A DNA stretch of 60,478 nt, counting the filler, from Hausera hauseri (Eukaryota), in the NCBI GenBank assembly GCA_046269625.1. It is 10 parts of 10 records of this genome, joined end to end, with 100 filler letters (N's around TTAATTAATTAA, not from the genome) between each part and the next. Parts side by side here need not be neighbours in the genome. Positions count along the whole stretch, not along the records: positions 1 to 5,464 come from JBJURY010248849.1; positions 5,565 to 10,124 come from JBJURY010527790.1; positions 10,225 to 15,468 come from JBJURY010300612.1; 7 more parts are not named here. One strand, 5' to 3'. Made by a program: the position numbers and the translations under genes. Positions 1 to 12,555 of the stretch are shown in pieces (within the stretch, counting starts at the first letter, position 1; each line of letters starts with the position of its first letter). Under the pieces are notes generated by a model, which was not told the DNA's origin, did no database searches, and worked only from the letters and a program-made list of their open reading frames with translations.

Positions 1-2040
1 TTCCGCTTGTACTGCCTGTCGACGGCGTGGTGAAAGTGGACGGAGTTTCTGCCTAACGGGCCTAAGGTTTTCTGTGACGATATGATGGAACGTAGTATTA
101 GCCGGTCGAAATGCTGGGTCTTTTTTAATTGTGTGGAAACAAGATTTGGTAAGATATTGCTGCTTTTCTTGCCTAAGCGTAGTAAAGGATGTTTTTGTCG
201 CGACAGTGGTTTGATTAAACGTAATGTGTGAAATGCTAGAGATTGAATCGCATAAATTGTCCTTGTGAACGCTTTTTTGTTTCCCTATTACTGCACTGCA
301 ACAAAATGTTTGATTATTTATATGGGTATTAATGACGTTCTTATTTGCGTTAGATGAATGTTTTTTTAATATAGATTTTATAAGTGAAATAGGTTGCGTG
401 ACTTGTTGGTTATTTGAAAAGGTGGGTTTTGTTGGACTGCTCTTGATGATCTGACGTTGTCTACAGTCTACAAGGAGGTTGTAGAAAGATAGGAAATCAG
501 ATCCAAGTATTGGCGGTTGTATGTCGGCAACGATGAATGTCCAATTAAAAATATCGTGGAATTGTGGTAACGTGAATAAAACTTTGGATGTGCCGAAAAT
601 GCGTAAGGCTTGGCCGTTTGCTGTGTACAGTATAATGTTAGACGGTGAGATAGACAGTGTTTTAATGGATGGCGGTAATAAGAAAACGGCGGCCCCTGAG
701 TCAATGAGAAAGTTGATTGGTTGATTTGAATTGGATGTCAAGGAGGCTCTTAATGTGAAGACAGAGTTTGTGCGGCTGTAGCAATGTCGAGGGTAGCCTT
801 TGACAGCATGAGCCGGAACATCTAGCGGCTTTATCAGTTTTTCTGGATACAAGGATTTAGTGAATCAGAAGAATTAAGATGGAATAGGTTAAGTCGACTG
901 GAAAACGTACAACAGTCGACGCAGTTTCGGGCTTTGTTACCGAACCTATTATGGCAAATGCAAACGATATCGCACTTTTGGAAGGCTGATGTATAGAATT
1001 TGCACCCAAAGCAACATTTGCTGGATTGGTTTTTGAATTTATTGTGATAATAGCACACCATAGGTCGAGTAGGGGACCTAGCGGATCTAAAATTTTGTGA
1101 TGAGGCACGGCTGTGATTAGGTGTGAATCTATTTCGTCGCGGCATGGATAAATTATCCAGTTTGGAAGTTAGAGCAGAAATGGCTTGGTGTATTGCCGTA
1201 TTTTCAGCTCGTAAAGTATTTATTTGATTACTCAGCGCTAATATTTTAGCATTGGATGGTGTTATAGGCGGTTACAATGTAGCTGCGACGATAGGGGCAT
1301 GATGTGTATTTAGTAGATCGTAATTTTTATCAGGCAGGTGTGCTAACTTTCCTAACGTAGCGGTATCTTCACCTACTGTTAGTAAAGCTCGTATTTCCTT
1401 CGGTAGTGATTGAAGAAAATATGTGCGCAATAAGTCAGCATTGTTGGTTTGATTTACTCCCAACTTGCTTAATTGAGTCAAAGATGTTTGTAAGAACTCT
1501 GTAGGTTTCTGGTTTCTTATTGCATTATCATTGAAGTATTTTTGGATGATATTATCCAAAGAAGGCTCAGTTAGTTTTAGGACGGCGTTAAATAGAGTCT
1601 CGTATGAGTCTACTGTTTGGAAGATTTCGGAAAGATTTGGGAGCAGTGATTTGATACTGGCTGGCAAGAGTATTAATAGACTATTTGCTTTGAGGAAAGG
1701 GTCAATAATGCTATTTGATCTTAATCACTGCACAGAGAACTCTAGCCATGTACGACTGGAATGCTGTTTATCTGTAAAATAGTCAACACAAGGAAAATTG
1801 ACCGCAGGGGATGCTGCGGGTAGAACTAAAGGAGACTGCTTTAGCGGAACCTGTATGGTGGGTACCTCAACAAAATCTTGTTGGTCCTAAGAAGACTCTT
1901 TTTGGTCAGATCCGCCTAGTAAACAATAATGTGCAGTTAGTGTAGGCGTCAAAGATGAGCGTGTATAATTAGTGATAATGTCATATTGCTGCAAAAAAAT
2001 CCGTTAAAGCTGAGATGGAAATTAGTCGGTAATGTTTTTC
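1..2040 (-). mobile_element. Degenerate Ty3/gypsy LTR retrotransposon 5' half (gag, protease, start of RT)
   Basis: Minus strand: gag pieces (ORFs 1272-1667, 834-1145) ending in CxxH...C...C knuckles; protease FLIDSGAAV at ~690-712 with ILGSDFL downstream; RT leader PVRQKLRPLSPRRRQAVQAE at the contig edge. Stops and frameshifts present. Alignable by eye with 37160-39120. Confidence 0.9.
834..1990 (-). pseudogene. gag: gypsy gag with two C-terminal CHCC motifs
   Basis: QKPTEFL...YFLQSLPKEIRALL...LAHLPDK capsid-like motifs; CYYHNKF...KCCFGC and CICHNRFGNKARNCVDCC; internal stop at 1272. Confidence 0.8.
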
Positions 2041-3111
2041 TTTAGATCAAATAGTTTGGCTCAGGTAAGTGGAAGCATTTGCCTTCTGTTTGTGTTGGGA
2101 TGAATTTTTCATTTTTGATGACTTCAAACGCAATCATTATTCTATTGGTTAGAGATCTGATTTTTATTGAATTCTCCTTTATAAGTTTATAAGAAATTGC
2201 CATTGCATGGCCAGAGTCAATATTGAGAAAGTCACTCCGGATGTTCGTTTTAGTGTTTGGTTTTGATTCGAAACTTTCTGATAATGTCATGTGTTGAGGC
2301 TGTGAAATTGTTCTGGAAGGAGTATCAGATCCTGGATTAGGAACGAAGTTGCTTTTGTTAATTGCATCAAGACTAAGCAGCGATTGGCCTTATGTACAGT
2401 ATAATATAGATTAGATGGATTGGTGTTGGTTAAGTGGTTCTTCGCATTGGCGTACCAATGCTTGCTGCGCTCGATCGTTGAATTTTCATTGCACAATGCA
2501 AATATAAATGTCAAGTTGTGAATATTCAAAATTCTTAAATAAATCATAACGGTTATCGGATACATGGTAATCGTTTGATTATTAGATGCTTTACTGAGGG
2601 AGGAAACTACAGTAGTTCTAGTTATTTCTGCAAATTGGGTTGGTTTCTTCGCAATCCCTAAAATCCACTATAGGTGTATTATTACCGGATTGAATTCCTC
2701 TGAGTAGAATAAAATTTGTACAAGGAGAAAAATTAACTGACGTTTTTTGGAACCAAAATTTACTCCGTGAATCCAGAGACTTTGGCATCACCAAATTTTG
2801 TACATAGAACGGGGATTTTTTGTCATCAACAACATTAAAAGCGATCGGAAATCAAGTAAATATTGTACTGATTGAAAAATCACTGAATTGGTTAATTAAG
2901 AAAAATTCAGCACAGCAAATTTTTTATATTCGTAAATCAAGTCAGAACACAACAAGAATTTTTTGAATCCGTTTTTTGATTGCGTATTAAAACAAAATGT
3001 TCCGGAAGAGTTTATTGTGACCTTGATTTTTTGTAGCACTTCAAATATAAAAGTCAAGCAAATCCGGCACTTATGAGTAAACTCCCCACAACTCCGCTAT
3101 ATTGTGTTCTA

Positions 3112-3700
3112 TTAATAATTTTGGTCATTTAACATTTCGGACCACGGCGTAAGAGAGAATTGTTGTAGAAATGGGCGAACGACATTTGTCTGAAAAGAAT
3201 TGAATTTATTATATATTTCAGAGGCATAATTATTAAACTCGTCGTCAGTAGAGAACTCGGTAAGATACAAAAAGAACAAAAACAATAACTGCCAATCAAA
3301 CATGGTGTCTGATGTGATATAAATGAATTTTGAAAACTTCACAAATGTACTGAACATGAACCCTCATTGATAGAGCACGGATAAAAATGAACAACCAACT
3401 GTACAAGAATTTTGATATTTTAATTTAAATACCACATTCTTAGAAGGTTGAAGCAAATGTGTAAAATAATTTTCATTTTCTGCCTACAAATAAAACTTTC
3501 TTTAAAATGCAGCAATGTGTTGATGGAAAATGGACCCTGATGAATTTCACTGTTTTCTCAAATTGGTGATTTTGATAATCTTGACTGGGAAACGTTCTCA
3601 TTGATTGACTTGATCTCGTGGTAATTTCGCCTCATCAAATGCACTAGATATTGCGAATCCGAGACAAATTCTAATTAATTTGAATCCCGCAATGATTTGA
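3112..3700 (-). pseudogene. Fragment of an unidentified intron-containing host gene
   Basis: Coding-like minus-strand segments separated by short GT-AG intervals, with in-frame stops; product not recognised. Confidence 0.3.
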
Positions 3701-3889
3701 AAATCCATAAAGGGAAATTTTTATTTCGTTTTAAGGTGGGTACAAACAAAATGACCTTGATAAATTGTTTATTCTGACCAAATGTCACTGACTGCAGCAA
3801 GGTCGTCCGAGGGAGAAAGCGAGTCCGAGAAAACAGTACAAGCGGGTCGAAGCTAAGACGTCCGATTGTCCAGCCGAAGGCACCACAGC

Positions 3890-4700
3890 GTACCCTGCCG
3901 GAAATACAAAATCACCAAACATTTAAAACCACCGGTATACCATTTCCTCTGTATATCACGTTTAGATACAGTTCATCTCGATCTTGTTGGCCCTTTACCT
4001 TCTGACAATAAATATCAACACATCTTAACTATGATGGATTGTGCTTCGCGCTGGCTTGAAGCCGTTCCACTTCGATTAATTAATATTGATTAAGTAGCCG
4101 ATGCCTTCATTAAAATCAGGATCAGTCACTTTGGTTTTCCACGGTACATCATAACAGACCAAGTTCCGCAGTTCGAGTTCGAACTGTTCAAATCGATTGT
4201 TAAACGCTTGGGGATATCCTACTTCCACACAACATCATACCATCCCGAAACAAATAGCCTTCTTGAAAGGTTTCATTAAACAATTAAGATTTACATAAAA
4301 ATCCTGGCAGACAATAATCATATCTAGACCACTATTTTTCTGTACGTCCTACTCGGTTGGCTACATGCCCTCCACCACCACGGTTTGTGCTCCATCAGAG
4401 GCTCTCTTTGGAACTCCCATTTGGAAAACATTTGCGCGGTACGCTCTCACTTCATTGAGGTTAGCTCGGACTCATTCGTCTACCTCATAAACAACAATAA
4501 ATCTTACATTTCGGATGATTTGTACTCCGCCAAGTTTCTACGACTAAAACATCAGTCGCCTTCCGATTTTCGACCTCTGTACGTCGGCCCTTACAAACTT
4601 CTTAACCTGCAGTGTCACGCGGCTACCATCCTACGCAAGAACAAACCTTACAATATCCACATCTCAAATCTTAAACCTCCTTTCTTCGTAGATGATAATC
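3890..4700 (+). pseudogene. gypsy integrase (end of Zn finger, core, GPY motif), disrupted
   Basis: CRKYKITKH..VHLDLVGPLPS..ILTMMDCASRWLEAVPL; ITDQVPQFE; YHPETNSLLERFH; YVGPYKLL; several stops. Confidence 0.9.
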
Positions 4701-5214
4701 CGAACTCCTCTGCTTCATCTTCGTGTACTTCTGGCTCCTTCAATCCATCTTCCAACTTTCTCCATGACATTGCTCCGTCGCATCAGTCATTCTTGTTTCA
4801 GAGTCAACCACTTTCAATTCCTTCATCACATTCTCTGCCTTCATCGCCTCCATTGCTCAACGCACCTTCATCGCCTGTTTCACTTCCATTACTCCTTTCG
4901 CCTTCATCACCTGCTTCACTTCCTTCTCTTACTTCGCTTATTTCGCTTGACTTATTCTCTTCTTCAGCTTCAACTGGACATTGAAGCAAAATTCCTCACA
5001 AACTCTCAACCTCAACTTGTCGCTCAACAATCACTTACTAATCAGTCAAATAAGGCACTCAAAGTTACATTCAGTACCTCTAGTAGGGAAAAGTCCGGAG
5101 ACGACATACAACGCCTCATAGATACCAAGACTGAATAGGCACTACACATTTTTCCTTTTATAGCAATTTTATTGTCTGTCTGTTTTTAACCTTATATAGT
5201 TTACACTTTGACAT

Positions 5215-5464
5215 GGGGGTGATGTAATGCCGCGGTTACGGACAAAACATTTTCTTTCAACAGAATAGCTGGCGTGGACCGTCGTAGGCTGGTTTGTTTT
5301 TTCATGTTCTCTCTTTGCACAATGGATTTTTCCAGCTGAAAACCAAGCAACCAACAAACGTCAACACCAAAAATGACAATAAGGATCGAAATCACGAGGG
5401 CCAAACGAAATCGAATTACTAAATTTTTCTTCATCATTTTGTCGCTCAACTGAGGTTTCCCATT
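5215..5464 (+). repeat. Polypurine tract and start of 3' LTR
   Basis: ATGGGGGTGA then TGTAATGCCGCGG at 5223; the same ATG(G)nTGA|TGT arrangement is at 21555-21570 (minus), and a similar LTR start is at 59698. Confidence 0.6.
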
Positions 5465-5564
5465 NNNNNNNNNNNNNNNNNNNNNNNNNNNNNNNNNNNN
5501 NNNNNNNNTTAATTAATTAANNNNNNNNNNNNNNNNNNNNNNNNNNNNNNNNNNNNNNNNNNNN
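5465..5564. other. Artificial contig linker
   Basis: 44N-TTAATTAATTAA-44N, identical at nine positions. Confidence 0.99.
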
Positions 5565-5609
5565 AATTATATTGATTCACGAAAACAAACATCAAAATAA
5601 TATTTGTGA

Positions 5610-5888
5610 TTAAATACGGTCAATCAACATTTTCATTACAGTACAAAGCGAAGCAGTAAATACAAGTCCAGTGAGGAAATTAATACGTCGTCGTTGTTGT
5701 TGCCACTTTCGTTTCCACTCAACTTCGATACGTTTTATGAATAGAGATCGGATTACTAATTCAATATTCTCTCGTCTGCTCATTATCCTGGTTTCTGTCA
5801 GGTCACATAAATACTGATCGTCAAACACGTGTCCAGTTATTATTTCATATGCCAATTTCCGAATTTCACTCTCAATGTAATCTTCCAT
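5610..5888 (-). CDS. Small hypothetical protein with C-terminal hydrophobic helix, part of the pPolB element
   Basis: 92-aa ORF MEDYIESEIRKL...; homologous start MEQFIESEIKKL at 19634 in the same position relative to the second pPolB. Confidence 0.65.
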   Translation of the reverse strand: MEDYIESEIRKLAYEIITGHVFDDQYLCDLTETRIMSRRENIELVIRSLFIKRIEVEWKRKWQQQRRRINFLTGLVFTASLCTVMKMLIDRI

Positions 5889-6027
5889 TTAAGTTGTAAT
5901 ATATAATATGGTTGATATGTTTATACCTGCGTAAAAGAAATAAGTTAGTGTACATCAATTTATTATATAATTGAATTTAATGTTTTCAATTTAAAGTTAA
6001 CATTTACTTTAATTTGCATAAATTTAG

Positions 6028-6420
6028 AAATGTTCACAATATGCAATGTACTGCGTCTCTCGCATACATGAGGAAGCAGAACAGTGCCATCAACAGATGG
6101 CGAATTATTACAACGTTGGAATGGACACATATCTGTGTCCGACGTGTAATATTTCAGCCCAATGTCCGTACCCCGATTTTTATGCGATACACAAGCATAA
6201 TCTCGTTTACACGGTCGAAAAAGATGATGCTAGTGCATTGCCCCATGTGCCCACAGTACAAGTACAGTGTGTGACGCTGGTGGTTGCCATAATGCAATGG
6301 AGTAATACTATGGCACCACAACGGTGCACAGTAAATAGGCCTATGTATGTCCCGGTTGTTCTATAGCTGACGATCAAATCAACTATGAACATTTTTTTAT
6401 TAGCATCATGACCACTTAAA
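6028..6420 (+). pseudogene. Cys/His-rich putative Zn-binding protein (frameshifted copy)
   Basis: YCVSRIHEEAEQCHQQMANYY...CPTC...CPYPDFYAIHKH, continuing after a frameshift as HCPMCPQY; clear homologue of 19093-19494. Confidence 0.75.
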
Positions 6421-6514
6421 CCAGTTTAAGCGGTTGAAAACACAAATTTACTAGACGCAGCAAAAAGCAGCAGTATTCCCTAAACAAGTAAGACACGTCA
6501 AGCATCAACAAGCC

Positions 6515-9500
6515 TTGACGAATATTTGCAAAACAACAGAAATCAAAAAACAACTGAAGAAGCAGCAACAGCAGAAACAGGAGCAACAGGGGGAAGAACT
6601 GCGCGTTACTGTCATGTACGATCTGAAAAAATCGTACGTGAATATAAAAGTGAACATGTCAGCGACGACAACAACGCAATTGAGACGTGTTCCATTTATT
6701 GTTCGAAATCGGTTGGAATCTGAAATGGCCAAATTCTAACACCACTACAAAGTGCAGTATTATGCACTTGCAGAATTTGAAAACGTGCAAGGCGATAGGA
6801 AACAATGGTACTTGTCACATTGAGCGGTACCATATACCGATGATTTTATCGCTGAGATTGGCGAAAAGCTAGAGGAGAAAATCGCCAACTACACAAAAAA
6901 GGGTAGTGTATGGCGAATTGTAAAGATTGTCACTCTCGGCTTTTTCAAAACAAAATCAAATGACATAATATATTTGTCTGGATGATAATTCATACCGACA
7001 CCTGCAACTCTAAAGCAGTCTCTTGCTGTAGTGAATGTAAAAAATAATAACGATGAATACTGTTTTTTACAGTACTCTGGCGGTATTGATATGTGACGAA
7101 ATGGCGAGACATAGTGAATCTCGTCCAAATTTTTTTTTATTTTTCCCAATTGGATATCGATGAAAGCTGGATGTCGATGAAACTGAAAACCATTCCTGCT
7201 TTTGAACTGCGTAATCCGACGTTGTCAATCAACGTGTTCCGGTACAACAGGGTCTTAGAAATACCGGCGGATGAAGAAATTTACAAAAATCCTCATGTGG
7301 ATATAATCAACCGTAGTCGGATCTCAAATGGCCGCTCAGTAAATTTGTTGCTACTGGAACAAACAGAAAAGTACCACTGCGTTGCAGTGATAAATCTAGA
7401 CAGACTAACGAACATGCAGCAGGACAATTTCCTCCAAAAACTGATACAGTGTAAATAGTGTTTAGTATATCTTCATGGATTTAGGTCGGAAACAACATAG
7501 GCGAAACATGTGACTTTGTGAAGGCAAAATTTGTCAGGAACCCCAATGTATGTCATGCCCATCAAACTGGAACTCAGGTTCACTGATTGGTCAAAAACAT
7601 ACAGTCCGGCATATGTAATATATGTCTATATCGAAGCTATCTTACCACGACACAACATATATGACCAGAAACATGTTCCAATAGCAGTCGGTATGTTGGT
7701 TGTCCCAATAAAACCCGCAGGTCAACCTCAATATTATGTTTGCCACGAATGGAATTGTGAACGCGATTTCTTACAGCAGTTGAAAACCATAGTGGAAACT
7801 GAAATCGTACCCCAGTACAGTAGAAATAGCAATAAACCCTTGATAATGACAGATGAAGCGAACACCTGACGTTTGCAGTCACAGATGAATGTTAATTGTG
7901 CCACAGAATATTACCGTTCGACGCACTGGAACGGCTCGTATCGGATCACGATCATTTTACTGGTCAATATATCGGAGCAGCACGGAATTCATGCAATTTT
8001 GCAAGGCATGTGCGGTCATTCTTACCGGTGGTATTTCATAACTTCAAGGGATATGATTGTCACCATATTTTCAAATGGGCAATAAACAGATTTTCGCACT
8101 TGAAACTATTCATATTTCCGACTACGATGGAGAAATACCTGTCACTGTCTGCTTGTATAAACCGATTCCAGATACGCTTCCTTAATTCTTTGCAATTTCT
8201 CAATGAATCATTGGCAAAGCTGGTAAATGCCTTGCCAGATGTGTCGATAGCACTGACGCAGTTCCACGCACATATTGCACGCAGCAGAGGCATATTCCCG
8301 TATGACTTTGCAACATCGTATGAGCGACTCCGGACAGCATAGGAATTACCACCTGGATAGACAGGTATCACAGTGGATGAATACCGGAAAGCACAGAGGT
8401 GTTAGACAGAACTGGGCTGTAGAAACATGTTGGATTATATGCTCTAGTATCGCAAACTGGACGTGAACTTATTAGCCGATGTGTTCCAAGCGTTGGCTGA
8501 TGACAGGCTGGAGCCACTCAAATTTTATTTTATATCGGGAATGAGTTGGGTGTTAGCTCTAATGTCACTGGATCGCGACATTGAGCTGCTGCAAGACCCG
8601 GAAATGTACCGGCTGTTTGATATTGGTATTTGTAGTGGCATGCATTTGTCAACAAGTATCATCTCAGTGGTACCGATACCACATCACTGCTGTATATTGA
8701 TATTAATAATCTGTACGGCTGGGCGCTTTCGCAACCCTTGCCGTACGGTTTATTTGAATGGGTAGTCGACAGACAAGATCTGGGCGACATAATGGTCAAC
8801 CTACCACGAGTAGACATGGTTGGCTCAGTCGAATACCTGATAGAGGTCGATCTCGTGGTACTAGATGAGCTGCATGATGTTTTGGACGATTTAAAGGTCG
8901 CACCATTTAATAAATGTCCACCAGGCTGAAAAGTGAAAAACTACTAATGACGCATGAACCGACGCTGAATTTCGTGGTCCATTGTCGTCTGCAACAATTT
9001 TACATGCAGCTCGGTGTTCGTGTCACACAGCTACATCGTGCAATCCGATTTGCTCAGGCTCCCTTGTTCAAGGCGTACATAGATGGAAATTCGGAGAAAC
9101 GAGCCGCAGCTTCTGCAAAGTTCGAAAAGGACTACTACAAGCTGAAAAACAATTTTCTACACGGAAAAACACTGGAGAATCTGAAAAAGCGGCTCAATGT
9201 ACGCCTGTGCAATAGCGAAAAGCGGTTTGTCACGTACATGAGTAAGGCGCAGTTTCGGTGGTAAATGCACATTGCCAATGGATTGGTTGCGGTGCTTTTA
9301 AACAGAAAAGTCGTTCTGGACCGGCCAAGTTACATTGGACAAATGGTATTGTACATGAGCAAGTTGCGAATGTATGAGCTGCAGTATAGCAATTTGGCAC
9401 GTTACCGGCAAATGTTTGACGGCTGTGACATTAGTATAATTGCCAGTGACACAGATAGAATTTTCCTGCGGCTGGAAAAGTCAATCGCGAAAAGCTACTG

Positions 9501-9870
9501 CAGCAAATGCAGTCAGATGGATTACTGGACACGACCAACTACCCACCTGATTATCCGGTAACCAACAAAGGTTGAAAGTGAAAGTCGGGTTCAGTATCGA
9601 GAATGGATATTCCTACGCCCAAAGTGATATAGTCTTCCGACGGACTGTGGACTAAAAATGCGAGCAAAAGGAGTCCAGCAGACGGAAATCGGCCACAGTG
9701 ATTATCGCCGTATATATGAAGCAGCAGCAGCAGCAGAAAGAGGATAGTCAGTGGCTGTTGTGTCTCAAACTATCATCCGAACAATTGAGCACCAGCTGTA
9801 CACAATGAATAGTGCGAAAGTCGCTTTGTCATGTAACGCTGATAAGCGAAAGTTGGTTGGGTGAAATAAG
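6515..9870 (+). pseudogene. Polinton/adintovirus-type protein-primed family B DNA polymerase, heavily disrupted
   Basis: DHDHFTGQYIGAARNSCN (EndoVII-like), PVVFHNFKGYDCHHI, RFLNSLQFL, RGIFPYD, YIDINNLYG (motif A), KDYYKLKNN..HGKT.EN (motif B), SDTD (motif C), RAKGV; many stops and frameshifts. Confidence 0.92.
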
Positions 9871-10124
9871 AGTTGGACGTATGGACATTGGTGGCTGAAA
9901 TAAACGCACGTCCAAATAATCGGTGCTCTGTTGGTTCAGACAAATCAGTTCAGTTCAGTTCAGTTACTGTGACAATCATTGACAATTATCCCATGTATGT
10001 TGTTTTTTATATTTCAGTAGCGTATTTTGTTCAGTGTCGTTTGTGTTTTGTTTTAGGTTACTTACTTAACCTATTATTATTAAGTAAGATAGAAGTAAAA
10101 GTAAAAAAATAACCTTGCACGAGA

Positions 10125-10224
10125 NNNNNNNNNNNNNNNNNNNNNNNNNNNNNNNNNNNNNNNNNNNNTTAATTAATTAANNNNNNNNNNNNNNNNNNNN
10201 NNNNNNNNNNNNNNNNNNNNNNNN
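10125..10224. other. Artificial contig linker
   Basis: 44N-TTAATTAATTAA-44N. Confidence 0.99.
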
Positions 10225-10435
10225 GTAGTTTGCAATGTTCTGAAATCGTTTTTGAGTAAATCAGCACGTCATCTAGGTATATGACAACACCCGCATACAG
10301 TAAGTCTTCGAACAATGTATTCATCAGTTGCTGAAATGTTCCAGGGACCGTTGAAAGGCCAAATGGTACTCGGTTGGAACAATATTGTTGTGATTTCGTG
10401 CAAAAGGCTGTTTTTTCTTGGGAGTCTTCATCCAA
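10225..10435 (-). pseudogene. gypsy reverse transcriptase fragment
   Basis: KTAFCT..NRVPFGL..PGTFQQLM...IYLDDVLIYS. Confidence 0.9.
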
Positions 10436-11449
10436 CGCGACTTATTTATTATTATTATTATTTTATTATTATTATGAGGTTTTCTAAATGTGATTGTGCC
10501 TTCAGTTTCCGAAAAGAATTAGAAAATATTCATTTGGAAATCGAAAAACGCAACAGTAATCGCGACATTTACTATCAATATTTTTATATGGATCCAACAA
10601 TTCTTCCGAATTATCCTGGAGTTTGATCAAGTATTTAGTGGAAATGTCGTAAATTTCTGATGGAACACCTCAAATATCGTTTTATAAAAGAAATCGTTTT
10701 CTTATTCTGTTTATTATTACTTTGGATATTAACCATTTTTCGATATTGTGTACACAAAAAGATGGCTGTGAACTTCAATTTTCATTCATATCAATGGATT
10801 CTATTATTTTCTGTTTCGAATTTTCTATTTGTAATTCAATTGTGAACATGTTCGCAGATATTACCCATTTTGTGAATAAACTTATTTTAATTTGTTCGTG
10901 GGTTTTCTTTTAGTGTTTGTTAACATCTTGTACGTTCCAGTAATTCTCGGGTACATACTAAATTTAATTAAAAAGAAACGGGGTGAATAACACCATGGCC
11001 AATCAGTTTTTGTTTTAATAATATTAGTTTCTATAGTAACTCAGTACCGTAATTTCTCGTTATTCGTTGTAATGATGAAGAGCACAGTCAAGCCTTGAGT
11101 TCTAAACAAGCGCTCTCCATGAATGAAGCTGCCGCTACCGTAGTTGCCGTTTTGTTGAAAATCTGGACATTGCAACAACTACTGATGTCTCTAATGTTAC
11201 CTTTGTACAGAGGAAATTATACTTTTTTCCTTTGAATTTTTCATAAATAGAAGAATGATTTTTTAGAAATTCGATATAACACCGCCCTCGATTTAGGTTA
11301 TTTACAATCACCAAACCGATTAGATCTTGGCTTTATGCTGATAACGTTGTACTTAAATAAACATAAACAAAACTCTGGCTGCGCCAATACACTTATGTGT
11401 GTAAATGTTTTGTGTAATACTTTGGTTTCATTTTAGATACATCAAATCA

Positions 11450-12498
11450 TTGATTTTAATGACACAAAAAGTATTGTATATGTTGCCAGTCTCTCGTAAC
11501 GTGTCAAATTCTAAGCGGTACCGTGAACATTTTGTTGGATCGTGGTGCTAATATTGAAGACCATTTAAATGTAAAATGACTATAAGTGATTTGTATTAGT
11601 GATTACCAGGGTGGCTTCAGACTCCTCTATGGCTCAGCTTTAAATGGTTTCATAAATGTAGTGCAGTTATTGCTTGATAGAGATGCTATGACAAATAGTG
11701 CAACTAAGGTCTGTGCAGTACGGGTCTTACTGGAATATTTATGTTTCAGGAAGGGTTAAGACCAATACATGTTGCTTCGCAAAAGGGACATTTTGAAATA
11801 ATAATTCTTCTGTTAATTCATGGGCTTTAATAGAACAAGAAACCAAGGTAAGAGTTGACGTTGTATAATTGACCTTACTGTAATGCAGTTTTAATGAAAC
11901 ATGAACGTTTATATGAAAAAATATGTTACAAACCAAGACAAATATAATCATATGTAGTTGCTGAATAAAGCGATATACATTTTATCAATTTGGAGAAATT
12001 TAATGAAGACTTTGCATTTTTCTGCAGCGTACTAGAATCACCATAAAAGGTCCCCTTTCCTATTTAATATAATTAAATTCACACTAAATTGCAGTACGGA
12101 ATAAGACCCCTTCATTTGGTAGCAGATAATAGCAATGTCGACCTAGTGACGTTTCGATGTCGAATGCCACACGAACGTGGGGCTAAATGTTTAAGTTATT
12201 TCTATCTGTCACTTGTAGGATGAATGGATACCTGTTCATCAAACTTCAGTAAAAGGCCACACGAACATTGTACAGTTACTTCTTGATAGAGGAGCCGAAA
12301 TATAATGCCAAACTAATGTGAGCCAAAACCATCTGGTTTTCTTTATTTCCTTTCGTAGGTTCATTGGAGGCCTGTACATTTTGCGGCTGAATACGGTAGA
12401 ACTGAAGTGGTGTAGTTATTGATAGATCGTGGTGCCTCATTCGAATGCCAGATAGGGTTTGTAAATTGTGATCATCGTCTATGGCATACGCCTGCTAA
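11450..12498 (+). pseudogene. Ankyrin-repeat gene remnant, about one repeat per exon
   Basis: Exons read VNILLDRGANIE / GGFRLLYGSALNGFINVVQLLLDRDA / WIPVHQTSVKGHTNIVQLLLDRGAEI* / HWRPVHFAAEYGRTEVV*LLIDRGA; GT-AG introns at 11571-11609 (39 nt) and 12318-12358 (41 nt); in-frame stops. Confidence 0.85.
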
Positions 12499-12555
12499 CT
12501 GGCTGAACAATATCCAGAAAATCAGCCACAGTTTTGTCGTTTGGATTTGAGAAAA
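12499..12555. repeat. 57-bp perfect direct repeat, copy 1
   Basis: CTGGCTGAACAATATCCAGAAAATCAGCCACAGTTTTGTCGTTTGGATTTGAGAAAA, identical to 15371-15427. Confidence 0.97.

Noticed and set aside
4700-5138. Ser/Pro/Leu-rich ORFs after integrase as a separate gene or env
   Set aside because: Translation of the pyrimidine-rich 3' region, also seen at 21760-22100 and 58860-59120 without a conserved frame
5465-5564. Recurrent TTAATTAATTAA palindrome in N runs
   Set aside because: Identical 100-nt stop-in-all-frames linker; ORFs crossing it (10169-10435, 27017-27493, 31772-32080) have artificial ends
12290-12425. Stop-codon reassignment suggested by in-frame TAA/TAG/TGA
   Set aside because: The stops replace different residues (Glu, Gln, probably Trp) by single substitutions, co-occur with frameshifts, and long intact ORFs use the standard code
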